64,000 bases of DNA from Ignavibacteriales bacterium (GTDB taxonomy: Bacteria; Bacteroidota; Ignavibacteria; Ignavibacteriales; SURF-24): positions 231 to 64,230 of the forward strand of contig DATAKL010000064.1 in NCBI GenBank assembly GCA_036261625.1, read 5' to 3'. The notes beneath the pieces are model-generated. The model did not search any database. It had not been told where the DNA came from and saw only the letters and a list, made by a program, of their open reading frames with translations. Made by a program: the position numbers and the translations under genes. Of this stretch, positions 8,995 to 17,718 are shown one piece after another (position 1 is the stretch's first letter; each line of letters begins with the position of its first letter).

Positions 8995-10287
8995 ATGGAA
9001 ACTTCCGGTTTGCAGGTGCCTTTAATAGCTCTTCTGCCTTTTGTCTTAATGCTGGCTTCAATTGCCATTTTCCCCCTTTTTATGAACCATTTCTGGGAAA
9101 AGAACAAAAATAAGCTGATTATTGCCATTGTCTTAAGCATTCCTATTATAGTTTACCTCCTGGGCGCCGGGGAATATAAGAAGCTCCTGGAGACTATAAT
9201 ATTTGATTACGTGCCTTTTATTATTCTTTTAGGATCCCTTTTTACAATTACCGGGGGCATTTATCTTACAGGGGACATTGAGGCAAAACCCTCGGTAAAC
9301 ACACTTTTCCTTGCAATCGGGGCTGTTCTGGCTTCATTTATGGGTACAACGGGCGCCGCAATGCTCCTGATTCGGCCTGTAATTCAGACCAACAAGGAAA
9401 GGGAATACAAGGTTCATACGATCCTGTTTTTCATCGGCATTGTTGCCAACTGCGGCGGGCTTCTGACCCCGCTTGGCGATCCGCCTTTATTTATGATGTA
9501 TTTAAGGGGAGCCTCATTCTCCTGGTTCTTCGGCCTGTTCCCCGAATGGCTGGTTACAAACCTTCTGCTATTAATAATCTACTATTTTGTGGATTCCTAT
9601 TATCACAAAAAAGAAAAGCCTGAAAAGGTTGCTTTGGACAGGACAAACATCCGTCCCATCAAAATTCAGGGAAAGCTAAACTTTATCTGGCTTCTGGGGG
9701 TTGTCCTGGCGGTGGCATTTATAAATGAGCAGTATATTGGGCTCATTAATACACACGAGCACTACAGGTTTTTAAGGGAGGCTGCAATACTTGTAATGGT
9801 TCTGCTTTCTCTGCTTTTTACGCCAAGGCTTATAAGGGTCTCCAACAACTTTACCTGGGAGCCTATAAAGGAGGTGGCTTACTTATTCCTGGGAATATTT
9901 ATTACAATGGTGCCCTGCCTTCTGTACCTGCAGGAAAATGCAAAGCATCTGGGTGTTGAGGCCGCCACGCATTTTTACTATGCCTCGGGCGCCTTAAGCA
10001 GCGTTCTGGACAATACGCCGACGGCAGTTACATTTCACTCTCTGGCCCTGGGGCTGGGGCGCATTCCTGAAGTAGCCGGAATTCCGGAGGCTCTCTTAAG
10101 AGCAATCTGCATAGCTGCGGTATTCTTCGGAAGCCTGACCTATATAGGCAACGGCCCGAACTTTATGGTTAAATCAGTTGCCGAGGAAAATAATATTAAA
10201 ATGCCCGACTTTTTCAGCTATATTTTTAAGTTTTCGCTTATTGTGCTTCTGCCGGTATTTATAATAATACAGTGGCTGTTTGTGTAG
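8995..10287 (+). CDS. ArsB/NhaD/CitMHS-superfamily ion transporter (sodium:proton antiporter-like)
   Basis: 430 aa, polytopic throughout. The internal GDPPLF segment and overall pattern resemble this permease superfamily. Confidence 0.65.
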   Translation: METSGLQVPLIALLPFVLMLASIAIFPLFMNHFWEKNKNKLIIAIVLSIPIIVYLLGAGEYKKLLETIIFDYVPFIILLGSLFTITGGIYLTGDIEAKPSVNTLFLAIGAVLASFMGTTGAAMLLIRPVIQTNKEREYKVHTILFFIGIVANCGGLLTPLGDPPLFMMYLRGASFSWFFGLFPEWLVTNLLLLIIYYFVDSYYHKKEKPEKVALDRTNIRPIKIQGKLNFIWLLGVVLAVAFINEQYIGLINTHEHYRFLREAAILVMVLLSLLFTPRLIRVSNNFTWEPIKEVAYLFLGIFITMVPCLLYLQENAKHLGVEAATHFYYASGALSSVLDNTPTAVTFHSLALGLGRIPEVAGIPEALLRAICIAAVFFGSLTYIGNGPNFMVKSVAEENNIKMPDFFSYIFKFSLIVLLPVFIIIQWLFV

Positions 10288-10306
10288 GCTGGATATTTAA
10301 AATAAC

Positions 10307-10343
10307 AAAGCAGGCATCTGAAAACCAAATGCCTGCTTTTTTT
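10307..10343. terminator. Bidirectional Rho-independent terminator
   Basis: agcaggcat/atgcctgct stem flanked by an A-run on the left and TTTTTTT on the right, between convergent genes. Confidence 0.6.
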
Positions 10344-10348
10344 ATTTG

Positions 10349-10480
10349 TTAAAAGAATAAAGCGTATACGATGTAGCCGATTATAAGGAGAAAACTTACT
10401 CCAAGTAACCCGGCAAGCATATAAAACCCTATGTCAGTCGATTTTCCGTTTTTTACGGACTCTTCCTGCTGAGTCTTCAT
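10349..10480 (-). CDS. Small membrane protein (43 aa), hypothetical
   Basis: Not in the ORF track. Sequence MKTQQEESVKNGKSTDIGFYMLAGLLGVSFLLIIGYIVYALFF has one TM helix. GGGAG RBS upstream and a shared terminator downstream. Confidence 0.45.
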   Translation of the reverse strand: MKTQQEESVKNGKSTDIGFYMLAGLLGVSFLLIIGYIVYALFF

Positions 10481-10547
10481 ATAAAACTCCCGTTAAAATA
10501 ATTGTTAAATCATTTTTTAATTAAATCCGGTTATGGGTGTTTTATAT

Positions 10548-10943
10548 TTATGTGTCCGTTGCGAAATGCGAGGTGAGAAATGTCTTTGTTCTTATTTCCT
10601 TAGAGAGGTTTCCAGGGGTAACCGTAATAAAGTAGCGGAATTTTACCTGCCTGCAGCTGTTGAAAGAGGACACCACGCCGCTGAAAGTCCCGGTCTTTAC
10701 GGGTTTATCCAGGCTTCTTAAAAATACTTCCCCGGAACAGATCATGTCGCCCGAGGAGATGAAAGTACTAAGCTGCTGCGGGGTGTTTGTGTTTTCTTTG
10801 GGTATAGACGAAAAGCGGCTGCTTAGGAACAGGTTAAAAGGCATGGCAAAGATGAGCCCAAGGCAGAGTGCCGCCTTTACTCTCCTACTAATAGCTTTTC
10901 CGTAGAAAAGCTGAAAAATGCCTTTAGCCCCGTTTTTATTCAT
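10548..10943 (-). CDS. Hypothetical protein (131 aa), doubtful
   Basis: The ORF overlaps the pdxB stop by 8 nt and has a hydrophobic N-terminal segment. No recognisable motifs, and its composition is unremarkable. Confidence 0.3.
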   Translation of the reverse strand: MNKNGAKGIFQLFYGKAISRRVKAALCLGLIFAMPFNLFLSSRFSSIPKENTNTPQQLSTFISSGDMICSGEVFLRSLDKPVKTGTFSGVVSSFNSCRQVKFRYFITVTPGNLSKEIRTKTFLTSHFATDT

Positions 10944-12078
10944 TAATATTAAACCTGAATGTCTTTAACAGGTCAGCCGTTGTTTTATTATAAGGATCAA
11001 GTTTTACATAATAATTACTGAACTCGCGTCTGAGCGGGTAATGCTTCCTGAGTTCATCAAAATAAAACCCTTTTTCCCCGGGCAATAGTTCCGGAATACG
11101 CCTCATCTGGAGGTCATCTTCCCGTATATTATACACTTTTGTAAAGACACTGAAAAGGGTGCTTTCTGTGGATGCACTGCCGTCTGCATCAATGACAGAG
11201 TTATGGATTTCCGGAAGCATGGGGCTGTAGTTGTTGCTGCATTTAAGGAAACTGCAGAGGGCACTTCTGATCATGGTTGTGCCGTTTACCTTTCCCTCCA
11301 GCGAGTAGCCCGCAATGTGGGGCGATGCGATGTCCACCTTTTCAAGAAGCTTTGAATTTATTGAAGGCTCATTCTCCCACACATCCAGCACCGTGCTTAA
11401 GTCAGCCCGGGAGTTTAAGACCTCCAGAAGTGCCTTATTGTCGATTACCTGACCGCGCGAGGCGTTTATAAGTATGGCCCCTGGTTTTATAAGCCTGAGG
11501 TTTTCCTCGTTCATAAGGTGATAAGTCTTATCTATTCCTTCCATATTAAGGGGAACGTGAAAAGTAATTATGTCTGCACCAAGCGCTTCTTCAAGTGAAA
11601 CAAATTCAGGACTGTTGGTCTTGCGTTTAAGGGGAGGATCGTTCCGGAACACTTTCATTCCGAGCGCACGCCCGAAGCGCACCACACGGCTTCCGATGTT
11701 GCCAACTCCCACAACGCCCAGGGTTTTACCCTTTAAGGTTAGATTCTTTTCTTTGGCAATAGTTAACAAGGCCGTAAAAACATACTCTGCCACGGCATCG
11801 GCGTTGCACCCCTTGGCGCTTGAAAAAGCAATGCCGTTTTCCTTCAGGTAATCCAGTTCCACGTGATCTGTCCCTATGGTAGCCGTACCGACAAACCTTA
11901 CCGGTGTACCTCTTAAAAGCTCCTCATTAACGTTTGTAATGGATCTTATAACAAGCGCATCGGCATCTTTTAAGGCATTATTATCAATTTTTCTTCCGTG
12001 CATAAGCCGCACTTCTCCCAGTAAGGAGAAAGCCTCCTCTGCAAAGGATATATTTTCATCAACTACAATTCTGGTCAT
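10936..12078 (-). CDS. pdxB: Erythronate-4-phosphate dehydrogenase
   Basis: I place the start at ATG 12078 (MTRIVVDENISFAEEAF...), giving 380 aa. It has a D-2-hydroxyacid dehydrogenase NAD-binding motif (GVVGVGNIGSRV) plus the PdxB-type C-terminal dimerisation domain. Confidence 0.8.
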   Translation of the reverse strand: MTRIVVDENISFAEEAFSLLGEVRLMHGRKIDNNALKDADALVIRSITNVNEELLRGTPVRFVGTATIGTDHVELDYLKENGIAFSSAKGCNADAVAEYVFTALLTIAKEKNLTLKGKTLGVVGVGNIGSRVVRFGRALGMKVFRNDPPLKRKTNSPEFVSLEEALGADIITFHVPLNMEGIDKTYHLMNEENLRLIKPGAILINASRGQVIDNKALLEVLNSRADLSTVLDVWENEPSINSKLLEKVDIASPHIAGYSLEGKVNGTTMIRSALCSFLKCSNNYSPMLPEIHNSVIDADGSASTESTLFSVFTKVYNIREDDLQMRRIPELLPGEKGFYFDELRKHYPLRREFSNYYVKLDPYNKTTADLLKTFRFNINE

Positions 12079-12249
12079 AATGCTTAAAATTACCTGACTG
12101 ATTGGAAAATCAAAAATAGCTAAAGCGCTATTAACTCCCAAGGGAAAAACCTTAGGCTGCAGTAAGGACTTTTCTTTTATTGCGCCTTTTATGTTATTAC
12201 ATACATGGAATTCATTCCAAAAAACATTTATAAAACATGAGAGTATAAC

Positions 12250-13926
12250 ATGGTGCGTCTGCTTCTTTTTTTTCTTCTGCCTCTGTTTTTCATGGGGGAT
12301 GAAACCGGGGCGCCGGTAACGGCTGAACCCCCTATAGATATTAACAGCGTCAACATAAAAGGCAGCTACAAAGAGCTCGTTATTGCAGTCAGTTTTCCCG
12401 ACAGGGATAATACCTATCCCGCGCTTAAGAGCAATGACCAGTTCCCTTTGCTCGGTTCTTTTCCCGACGGCAGGCTTTTAAATGATTACGTAAAATCCAA
12501 GGGCGGTACAATATCTGCCGATGAATGGTACAAGCCCGCGCTGAACCACTACTTTAATTCGCATTCGGGAGGAATGTATAAGGTTGACTTTAATTTCCTG
12601 AAACAGAAAGACGGCAGGGCTTACACAACATCACGCCCCTTGTCCTACTGGATAGGCAAGCATAAGGGACCGGACGATGTGATCTGGACTTACTGGAATG
12701 AAATTGCAAGCGAAGCCGCTGAAAAGATTAATTCCGATCATCCCGGCATCTTTAAGGGGATTCAGGCAATTCATATGGTCTTTACGGGAATTAATAAGAA
12801 CGAATTTAACACGATGCACGGAGGAACAGTAAGCTGGGAGACAAAGCTTACAGGCAGTAACAGAAAAGTGCTTTATAACGGGCCCATAAGCATACAGCGC
12901 GACCTGTCTTCAATTGCTCATGAAAGAATGCATATAATCGGAAAACTCCACGGCTCACCTAAGGGCTTTACAGGCTTTCCCGACAGGGGCTACGACGTGC
13001 TGGTAGCCGAGGGGCACTATAATATTTTCTGGGGATACGATATGATGTATCACAACGCATCCATCCCATCCCAGCATTCCCTCTACGGACTGCAGCCTAT
13101 TATTTCACACGACCTTATATTCTTAGGCTGGATAAAGCCAGAGGAAATAATAGTGATAAATAAGAATAATTTTAGGGATCACAATGAAATAAAACTCTCA
13201 GACGTTAATTATCCCCTTACTTCCCAACAGATCAAAGATGGATACAGAAGAATAGCCAAGGTTATGATCAAAGAAAACTTTAAGGAAAAAAAGGATGAAT
13301 ATTATCTCATAGAATTCCACAATGCAAGTGAGTTCGATAAGAATTTTGCCAATTACGATGAGTACCCAAAATACGGCTACAACAAGGGAGTACTCATCTG
13401 GCACGTAAAGGAGATAACGGACAATATAAATGTTTTTTCAGATAATCTGATAGACCTCGAAGTGGCAGTGCCATACAACGGCTGGTACGGCGACCCCATC
13501 CCCGATGACGATTATCCGAGAGACTATAAGCGCGACAAGGACTGGAACGGCATACTCGACCAGGAATTTGATTACCTGGACGACGGCCGCGAAAAGAATT
13601 ACGGCTTTAACCACTGGGTTTTTGACTATATGCCCGACGGGGGACGCTCCGAATGGGGTGTTACGACAAAGGGACTCAAATGGGGCTGGTACCCGAAGAA
13701 TCCATTACTCTTTCCCAGGCTTCAGAGCATGAGAAGCGACTTCTTTACAGACGAGAAAATAAAAGGCCGCGTAAGCGATAAGTTTACAGATGAGACGCGT
13801 CCGTCAACAAAAACCTGGGGCGGCTACTACGGGAAGAATAAAGCTGAAACACCCGAAAAGACCGGCATCTCCGTAACCAATATAAAACGGCATGGCAATT
13901 ATATGACGGTTAAGATTACCTATTGA
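12250..13926 (+). CDS. Secreted putative zinc metalloprotease (HExxH)
   Basis: 558 aa with a signal peptide and a single HERMH motif (SIAHERMHIIG). The family is not identified; an M6/immune-inhibitor-A-like fold is only a guess. Confidence 0.5.
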   Translation: MVRLLLFFLLPLFFMGDETGAPVTAEPPIDINSVNIKGSYKELVIAVSFPDRDNTYPALKSNDQFPLLGSFPDGRLLNDYVKSKGGTISADEWYKPALNHYFNSHSGGMYKVDFNFLKQKDGRAYTTSRPLSYWIGKHKGPDDVIWTYWNEIASEAAEKINSDHPGIFKGIQAIHMVFTGINKNEFNTMHGGTVSWETKLTGSNRKVLYNGPISIQRDLSSIAHERMHIIGKLHGSPKGFTGFPDRGYDVLVAEGHYNIFWGYDMMYHNASIPSQHSLYGLQPIISHDLIFLGWIKPEEIIVINKNNFRDHNEIKLSDVNYPLTSQQIKDGYRRIAKVMIKENFKEKKDEYYLIEFHNASEFDKNFANYDEYPKYGYNKGVLIWHVKEITDNINVFSDNLIDLEVAVPYNGWYGDPIPDDDYPRDYKRDKDWNGILDQEFDYLDDGREKNYGFNHWVFDYMPDGGRSEWGVTTKGLKWGWYPKNPLLFPRLQSMRSDFFTDEKIKGRVSDKFTDETRPSTKTWGGYYGKNKAETPEKTGISVTNIKRHGNYMTVKITY

Positions 13927-13941
13927 AATATATTCCGGCCT

Positions 13942-14086
13942 GAATAGCCACGGCCTTCAGGCCGTGGGCAGGGAGATCCCCCTCCCCAATTTGGGCTTTA
14001 GCCCCCGATCATCTCCGGAAAATCTGTGGCTAAAGCCGGGAAGATTTTGGGAATATTTCCCCACGGCCTGAAGACCGTGGCTATTC
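13942..14086. repeat. Element B1: ATAG-hairpin doublet with a nested inner hairpin
   Basis: GAATAGccacggcc-ttca-ggccgtgg at 13942-13967 is mirrored by ccacggcc-tgaa-gaccgtggCTATTC at 14061-14086. The inner stem is ggctttagcc (13994-14003) pairing with ggctaaagcc (14028-14037). Confidence 0.8.
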
Positions 14087-14120
14087 ATGGGAAATCGCAA
14101 TATCCGGCACATCCCGGATT

Positions 14121-14170
14121 ATCATCAAATAGATTTCGTTTTAAAATAAAATATTTTATTTTGCTATCTG
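14121..14170 (+). promoter_or_regulatory. Conserved 50-nt AT-rich upstream block (probable promoter / 5' UTR of T9SS paralogue 1)
   Basis: 46/50 nt identical to 17641-17690 upstream of paralogue 2. It ends 22 nt before the ATG. Confidence 0.4.
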
Positions 14171-14192
14171 TTATAATAAACAGAGGCATGGA

Positions 14193-17100
14193 ATGAAGTT
14201 CTTCTCTACTAAGTTAAGCGGAAGCTTAATTGCTCTTATTTTATTATCCACACTCCTGCATGCCGAAGGCGGACAGGCAGACAGAAAAAACCTGCATAAA
14301 ACCTCAGCCGCCACATGGCCTTATGCCTACATGAATATTAATAATATCTCGACTGTTATTTTTGGCGACGGCCAGGCGGACATTAATCCACTTCGTAATG
14401 CAGGCTTTGTCTACCCCAAAGGAAGCAATAAGACTGCTGTATTTGAATCGGGCTTTCTGTGGGGAGGAATAGTAAACAATGAAATTAGAGTTAATGGAAG
14501 TTCATACAGCTCTGGCCTGAAGCCGGGAAAGATCCTGCCCGGGGGAGTGCCCGAGGACCCCAAAAATGCCCGCGTATACCGCGTCAGGAAAGATTACAAA
14601 ACGGCAGACCTCTCTTCTGAAATAAGCGACAATGAGGGTACTGAAAGCGAAATCCGGGAACGCTATGATAATGACTGGAAAGAGTGGCCTGCCCTTGACG
14701 GCGCGCCCTATGAAGACGTTGACCATAACGGAGTCTATGATCCCGCAGTTGATATCCCCGGTGAACCGGGTGCCGACGAGACAATATGGTTTGCGGCCAA
14801 CGACCTGGATGAAGCAGCTTCAAAAAGTCTGTTTGGTTCAAAGCCGATCGGAATTGAAATGCAGTGCACCGTTTATGCTTTCAGGAATCCGGGCATACTA
14901 AGAAACATGATCTTTAAGAGATATAAGCTGATCAATAAAAGCAGCACCACAGTGGACAAAATGTATACTATGGCATGGGGTGATTTTGATATAGGAGACG
15001 CAACAGATGACTTCGAAGGATGCGACACACTCCTTGACCTGGGCTACACTTATAATGCGGTTCCTAAGGACATGCTTTACCAGGATACTCCTCCTGCTGC
15101 CGGCTTTGCAGTCCTGCAGGGACCCGCTGTAAAAGGCTCTCTGTCTGACACGGCATATCTGAATAACAGGAAGCTTCCCGGGATGATGAACCTTCCCATG
15201 ACTTCATTTAGCAATGTTTATGTGGAATTGGCGTGGGAGGAGCCTTCTCCGATAGGCGCGAATGAATACTATAGATTTATGCAGGGTAAACAGGGTTCTA
15301 TTGACTTATTCTTTCCGGTCTTGGATCAATTTGGCGGAGGAACTACCAGATTTCCTTATTCAGGCGATCCTGTTGCGGGAACAGGTTATCTTGACGGCAT
15401 ATTATACCCGAAAGGCGACCGTCGCATGGGCGTAAATTCAGGTCCCTTTACAATGGCTCCCGGCGATACGCAGGAGGTTGTCTTGGCTGAAATTGCCGCC
15501 GGCACCACTCCGGGGGTGAGCAATCTTCAGGCGGTAACACTTCTTAAAAATTCCACAAGCTTTGCCCGGGAGTTTTACCATGAGGGCAGATCAGGCATCA
15601 AATCCATAAATTCCCCGGTTTTGACTGCAGGAGAATATGATAAGGAAATTGTACTTAACTGGGGAGACGACCAGGCCTCAGTAAGTAAAACAGAATCTTT
15701 TGATTTTCTTTCCCACAAATTCGAGGGCTATAATGTCTATCAGCTCCCCTATGCCGGAGCAAAAATAAGCGAGGGAAAAAGAATAGCTGTCTTCGACAGA
15801 ATTGACAGCATAAAAATAATTTACAGTGAAGTCATAAACTGGGATACAGGAGCCCAGGAACGCCTGGCTCAGCAGTACGGAAAAGACTCGGGCATTCAGA
15901 GATTCTTAAGAATAAATGAGGATGCCTACACAAAGTTTCCTCTTATAAACGGAAAGAAGTATTACTTTGCCGTTACGGCATATACCTATAGCCCGAACCT
16001 GGACTTCTCGAATATGGAAAGCGATCCCACATATGTGGAAGTAATCCCCCACACGAACGACCCCGGCGTGGTCTATAATTCCTCTTTCGGTGATACGCTT
16101 CGGGCAAGTCACAATTCAGGTAAAAGCGACGGAGAGGTGATCCCGATTGTGGTTGAACCAGGAAAGCTTACGGGCGACGAGTACAGCGTGGAATTTGAAT
16201 CAACAGACAGCCTGCCCACCTGGAAAGTAGTGGACCTGACAAAGAATAAAACCATTCTTAGCAATCAGACTGCTCATTCGGAAAAGGATGGATACCCTGT
16301 TGCAGATGGAATTCTTTTTAAGGTAATCAGCCATTCTCCCGGGGTGAAAACTGACGATGCGTATACAACTGGCGACAGTTCAAAGTGGGGCTGGAGAATT
16401 CCTGCCGGAAAGCGCAGATTCACATGGAGCGGCGCCAATGGACTGGGACTTGAAGGCTTCCGCGGGGCAATCGGAGCCGGCGCCACATGGCTGGGTTCCT
16501 CAGTTGGTTACAGCAATCTGAAAAACGTTCTTCTTAAACTTGCTGCAACTGACACAAGCGGTAATGCCAGCCCGAATGATTCCAATGTGTCATATGCATA
16601 CAGGTATGTGCGCGCAGCCTCACATGATCCTGCAAGACCTGAATTTGCTCCTTTCATCAAAAACAAATACAACGGCACCTACGGATTTCAGGATTTCACC
16701 AGGAGCTGCCCGCTTGCTGCATACGACTTTGAAGATCCTCAGCATCCGAGAAGACTTGCCGTGGGTTATCTTGAAAACAATAGCTCAAACGGTTTGCTGG
16801 ATGGCAAGTACTGGCCTCCGGAAATGGGCACAGACAACACCGGCGTTACCAGTCCCAGGGAATGGCTCTTTATCTTTGATAAGGCATATAGCGAAACAGA
16901 GGACCAGAGCTTGGAAGGCGACCTCCTGGGTGAAAAACCCTATCCTGTACTTCTTCAATGCACATTCAACAGGAATTCCAACTCCTGGCCCGGGGGAGAT
17001 GAGTTTGAAATTTATGTGAACCATATTTTTACACCTGATGATAAGTTTACTTTCAAGTCCATTGCTCCTTCATTTGACGGACAGTCGGCCAAAGCAGATG

Positions 17101-17417
17101 TGGAGAGGATAAACGTGTTTCCCAATCCCTATTACGGAGCTCTTTTGCATGATGTTAATAACATTCAGAGACTTGTAACATTCAGCCATCTGCCTGTAAA
17201 AGCCACGATCAGAATATTCAACCTGGCAGGACAATTGGTAAGAACAATATATAAGGATACACCGGGGCAGTTTGCCTCGTGGGATCTTCTGAACGAACAT
17301 AATCTCCAGGCAGCAAGCGGATTATATCTGGTACACATTGATATGCCTGATCTGGGGAAAACAAAGATCCTGAAGCTTGCCATAATACAGGAACAGATTG
17401 TGCCTGAGAGGTTTTAA
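14193..17417 (+). CDS. Large secreted protein with a T9SS type-A C-terminal sorting domain (paralogue 1)
   Basis: 1074 aa with a signal peptide and a C-terminal FPNPYY...IRIFNLAGQLVRTIY...ASGLYLVHIDM...KLAIIQ sorting-domain pattern. Paralogous to 17719..20277. Confidence 0.8.
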   Translation: MKFFSTKLSGSLIALILLSTLLHAEGGQADRKNLHKTSAATWPYAYMNINNISTVIFGDGQADINPLRNAGFVYPKGSNKTAVFESGFLWGGIVNNEIRVNGSSYSSGLKPGKILPGGVPEDPKNARVYRVRKDYKTADLSSEISDNEGTESEIRERYDNDWKEWPALDGAPYEDVDHNGVYDPAVDIPGEPGADETIWFAANDLDEAASKSLFGSKPIGIEMQCTVYAFRNPGILRNMIFKRYKLINKSSTTVDKMYTMAWGDFDIGDATDDFEGCDTLLDLGYTYNAVPKDMLYQDTPPAAGFAVLQGPAVKGSLSDTAYLNNRKLPGMMNLPMTSFSNVYVELAWEEPSPIGANEYYRFMQGKQGSIDLFFPVLDQFGGGTTRFPYSGDPVAGTGYLDGILYPKGDRRMGVNSGPFTMAPGDTQEVVLAEIAAGTTPGVSNLQAVTLLKNSTSFAREFYHEGRSGIKSINSPVLTAGEYDKEIVLNWGDDQASVSKTESFDFLSHKFEGYNVYQLPYAGAKISEGKRIAVFDRIDSIKIIYSEVINWDTGAQERLAQQYGKDSGIQRFLRINEDAYTKFPLINGKKYYFAVTAYTYSPNLDFSNMESDPTYVEVIPHTNDPGVVYNSSFGDTLRASHNSGKSDGEVIPIVVEPGKLTGDEYSVEFESTDSLPTWKVVDLTKNKTILSNQTAHSEKDGYPVADGILFKVISHSPGVKTDDAYTTGDSSKWGWRIPAGKRRFTWSGANGLGLEGFRGAIGAGATWLGSSVGYSNLKNVLLKLAATDTSGNASPNDSNVSYAYRYVRAASHDPARPEFAPFIKNKYNGTYGFQDFTRSCPLAAYDFEDPQHPRRLAVGYLENNSSNGLLDGKYWPPEMGTDNTGVTSPREWLFIFDKAYSETEDQSLEGDLLGEKPYPVLLQCTFNRNSNSWPGGDEFEIYVNHIFTPDDKFTFKSIAPSFDGQSAKADVERINVFPNPYYGALLHDVNNIQRLVTFSHLPVKATIRIFNLAGQLVRTIYKDTPGQFASWDLLNEHNLQAASGLYLVHIDMPDLGKTKILKLAIIQEQIVPERF

Positions 17418-17430
17418 TATTTTGATGTTT

Positions 17431-17490
17431 GAATAGCCACGACCTGAATAGCCACGACCTGAATAGCCACGACCTGAATAGCCACGACCT
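17431..17490. repeat. Tandem repeat: 4 x 15 bp (GAATAGCCACGACCT)
   Basis: Four perfect head-to-tail copies. The last one is the 5' half of the left hairpin of element B2. Confidence 0.9.
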
Positions 17491-17616
17491 TCAGGTCGTG
17501 GAGCCATGATAAAAATCTCTCTCGGCTTTAGCCACAGATTTTCCGTGTAGGATCTGGGGCTAAAGCCCGAATATTTTTGAAATCATTAAACCACGACCTG
17601 AAGGTCGTGGCTATTC
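17431..17616. repeat. Element B2: ATAG-hairpin doublet, copy of B1 with compensatory stem changes
   Basis: ccacgacc-ttca-ggtcgtgg (17483-17501) is mirrored by ccacgacc-tgaa-ggtcgtggCTATTC (17591-17616). The inner stem is 17524-17533 pairing with 17558-17567. Confidence 0.8.
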
Positions 17617-17640
17617 ATAGAAAAATTCGCATTTTGCATT

Positions 17641-17690
17641 ACCATCAAATAGATTTCGTTTTTGAATAAAATATTTTATTTTGCTCTCTG
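17641..17690 (+). promoter_or_regulatory. Conserved 50-nt AT-rich upstream block (paralogue 2)
   Basis: 46/50 nt identical to 14121-14170. It ends 28 nt before the ATG. Confidence 0.4.
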
Positions 17691-17718
17691 AAATTTGTTA
17701 ACTGAACAAAGGCATTGA

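Noticed and set aside
17431-17490. Possible CRISPR array, because of perfect short direct repeats.
   Set aside because: The repeats are contiguous with no spacers, only 15 bp long, and part of a hairpin element. No cas genes are in the window.
17322-17507. 61-aa minus-strand ORF encoding GRGYSGRGYSGRGYSGRGYS.
   Set aside because: The peptide repeat is only the translation of the 4 x 15-bp tandem half-site of element B2, and the ORF overlaps the end of the T9SS paralogue gene.
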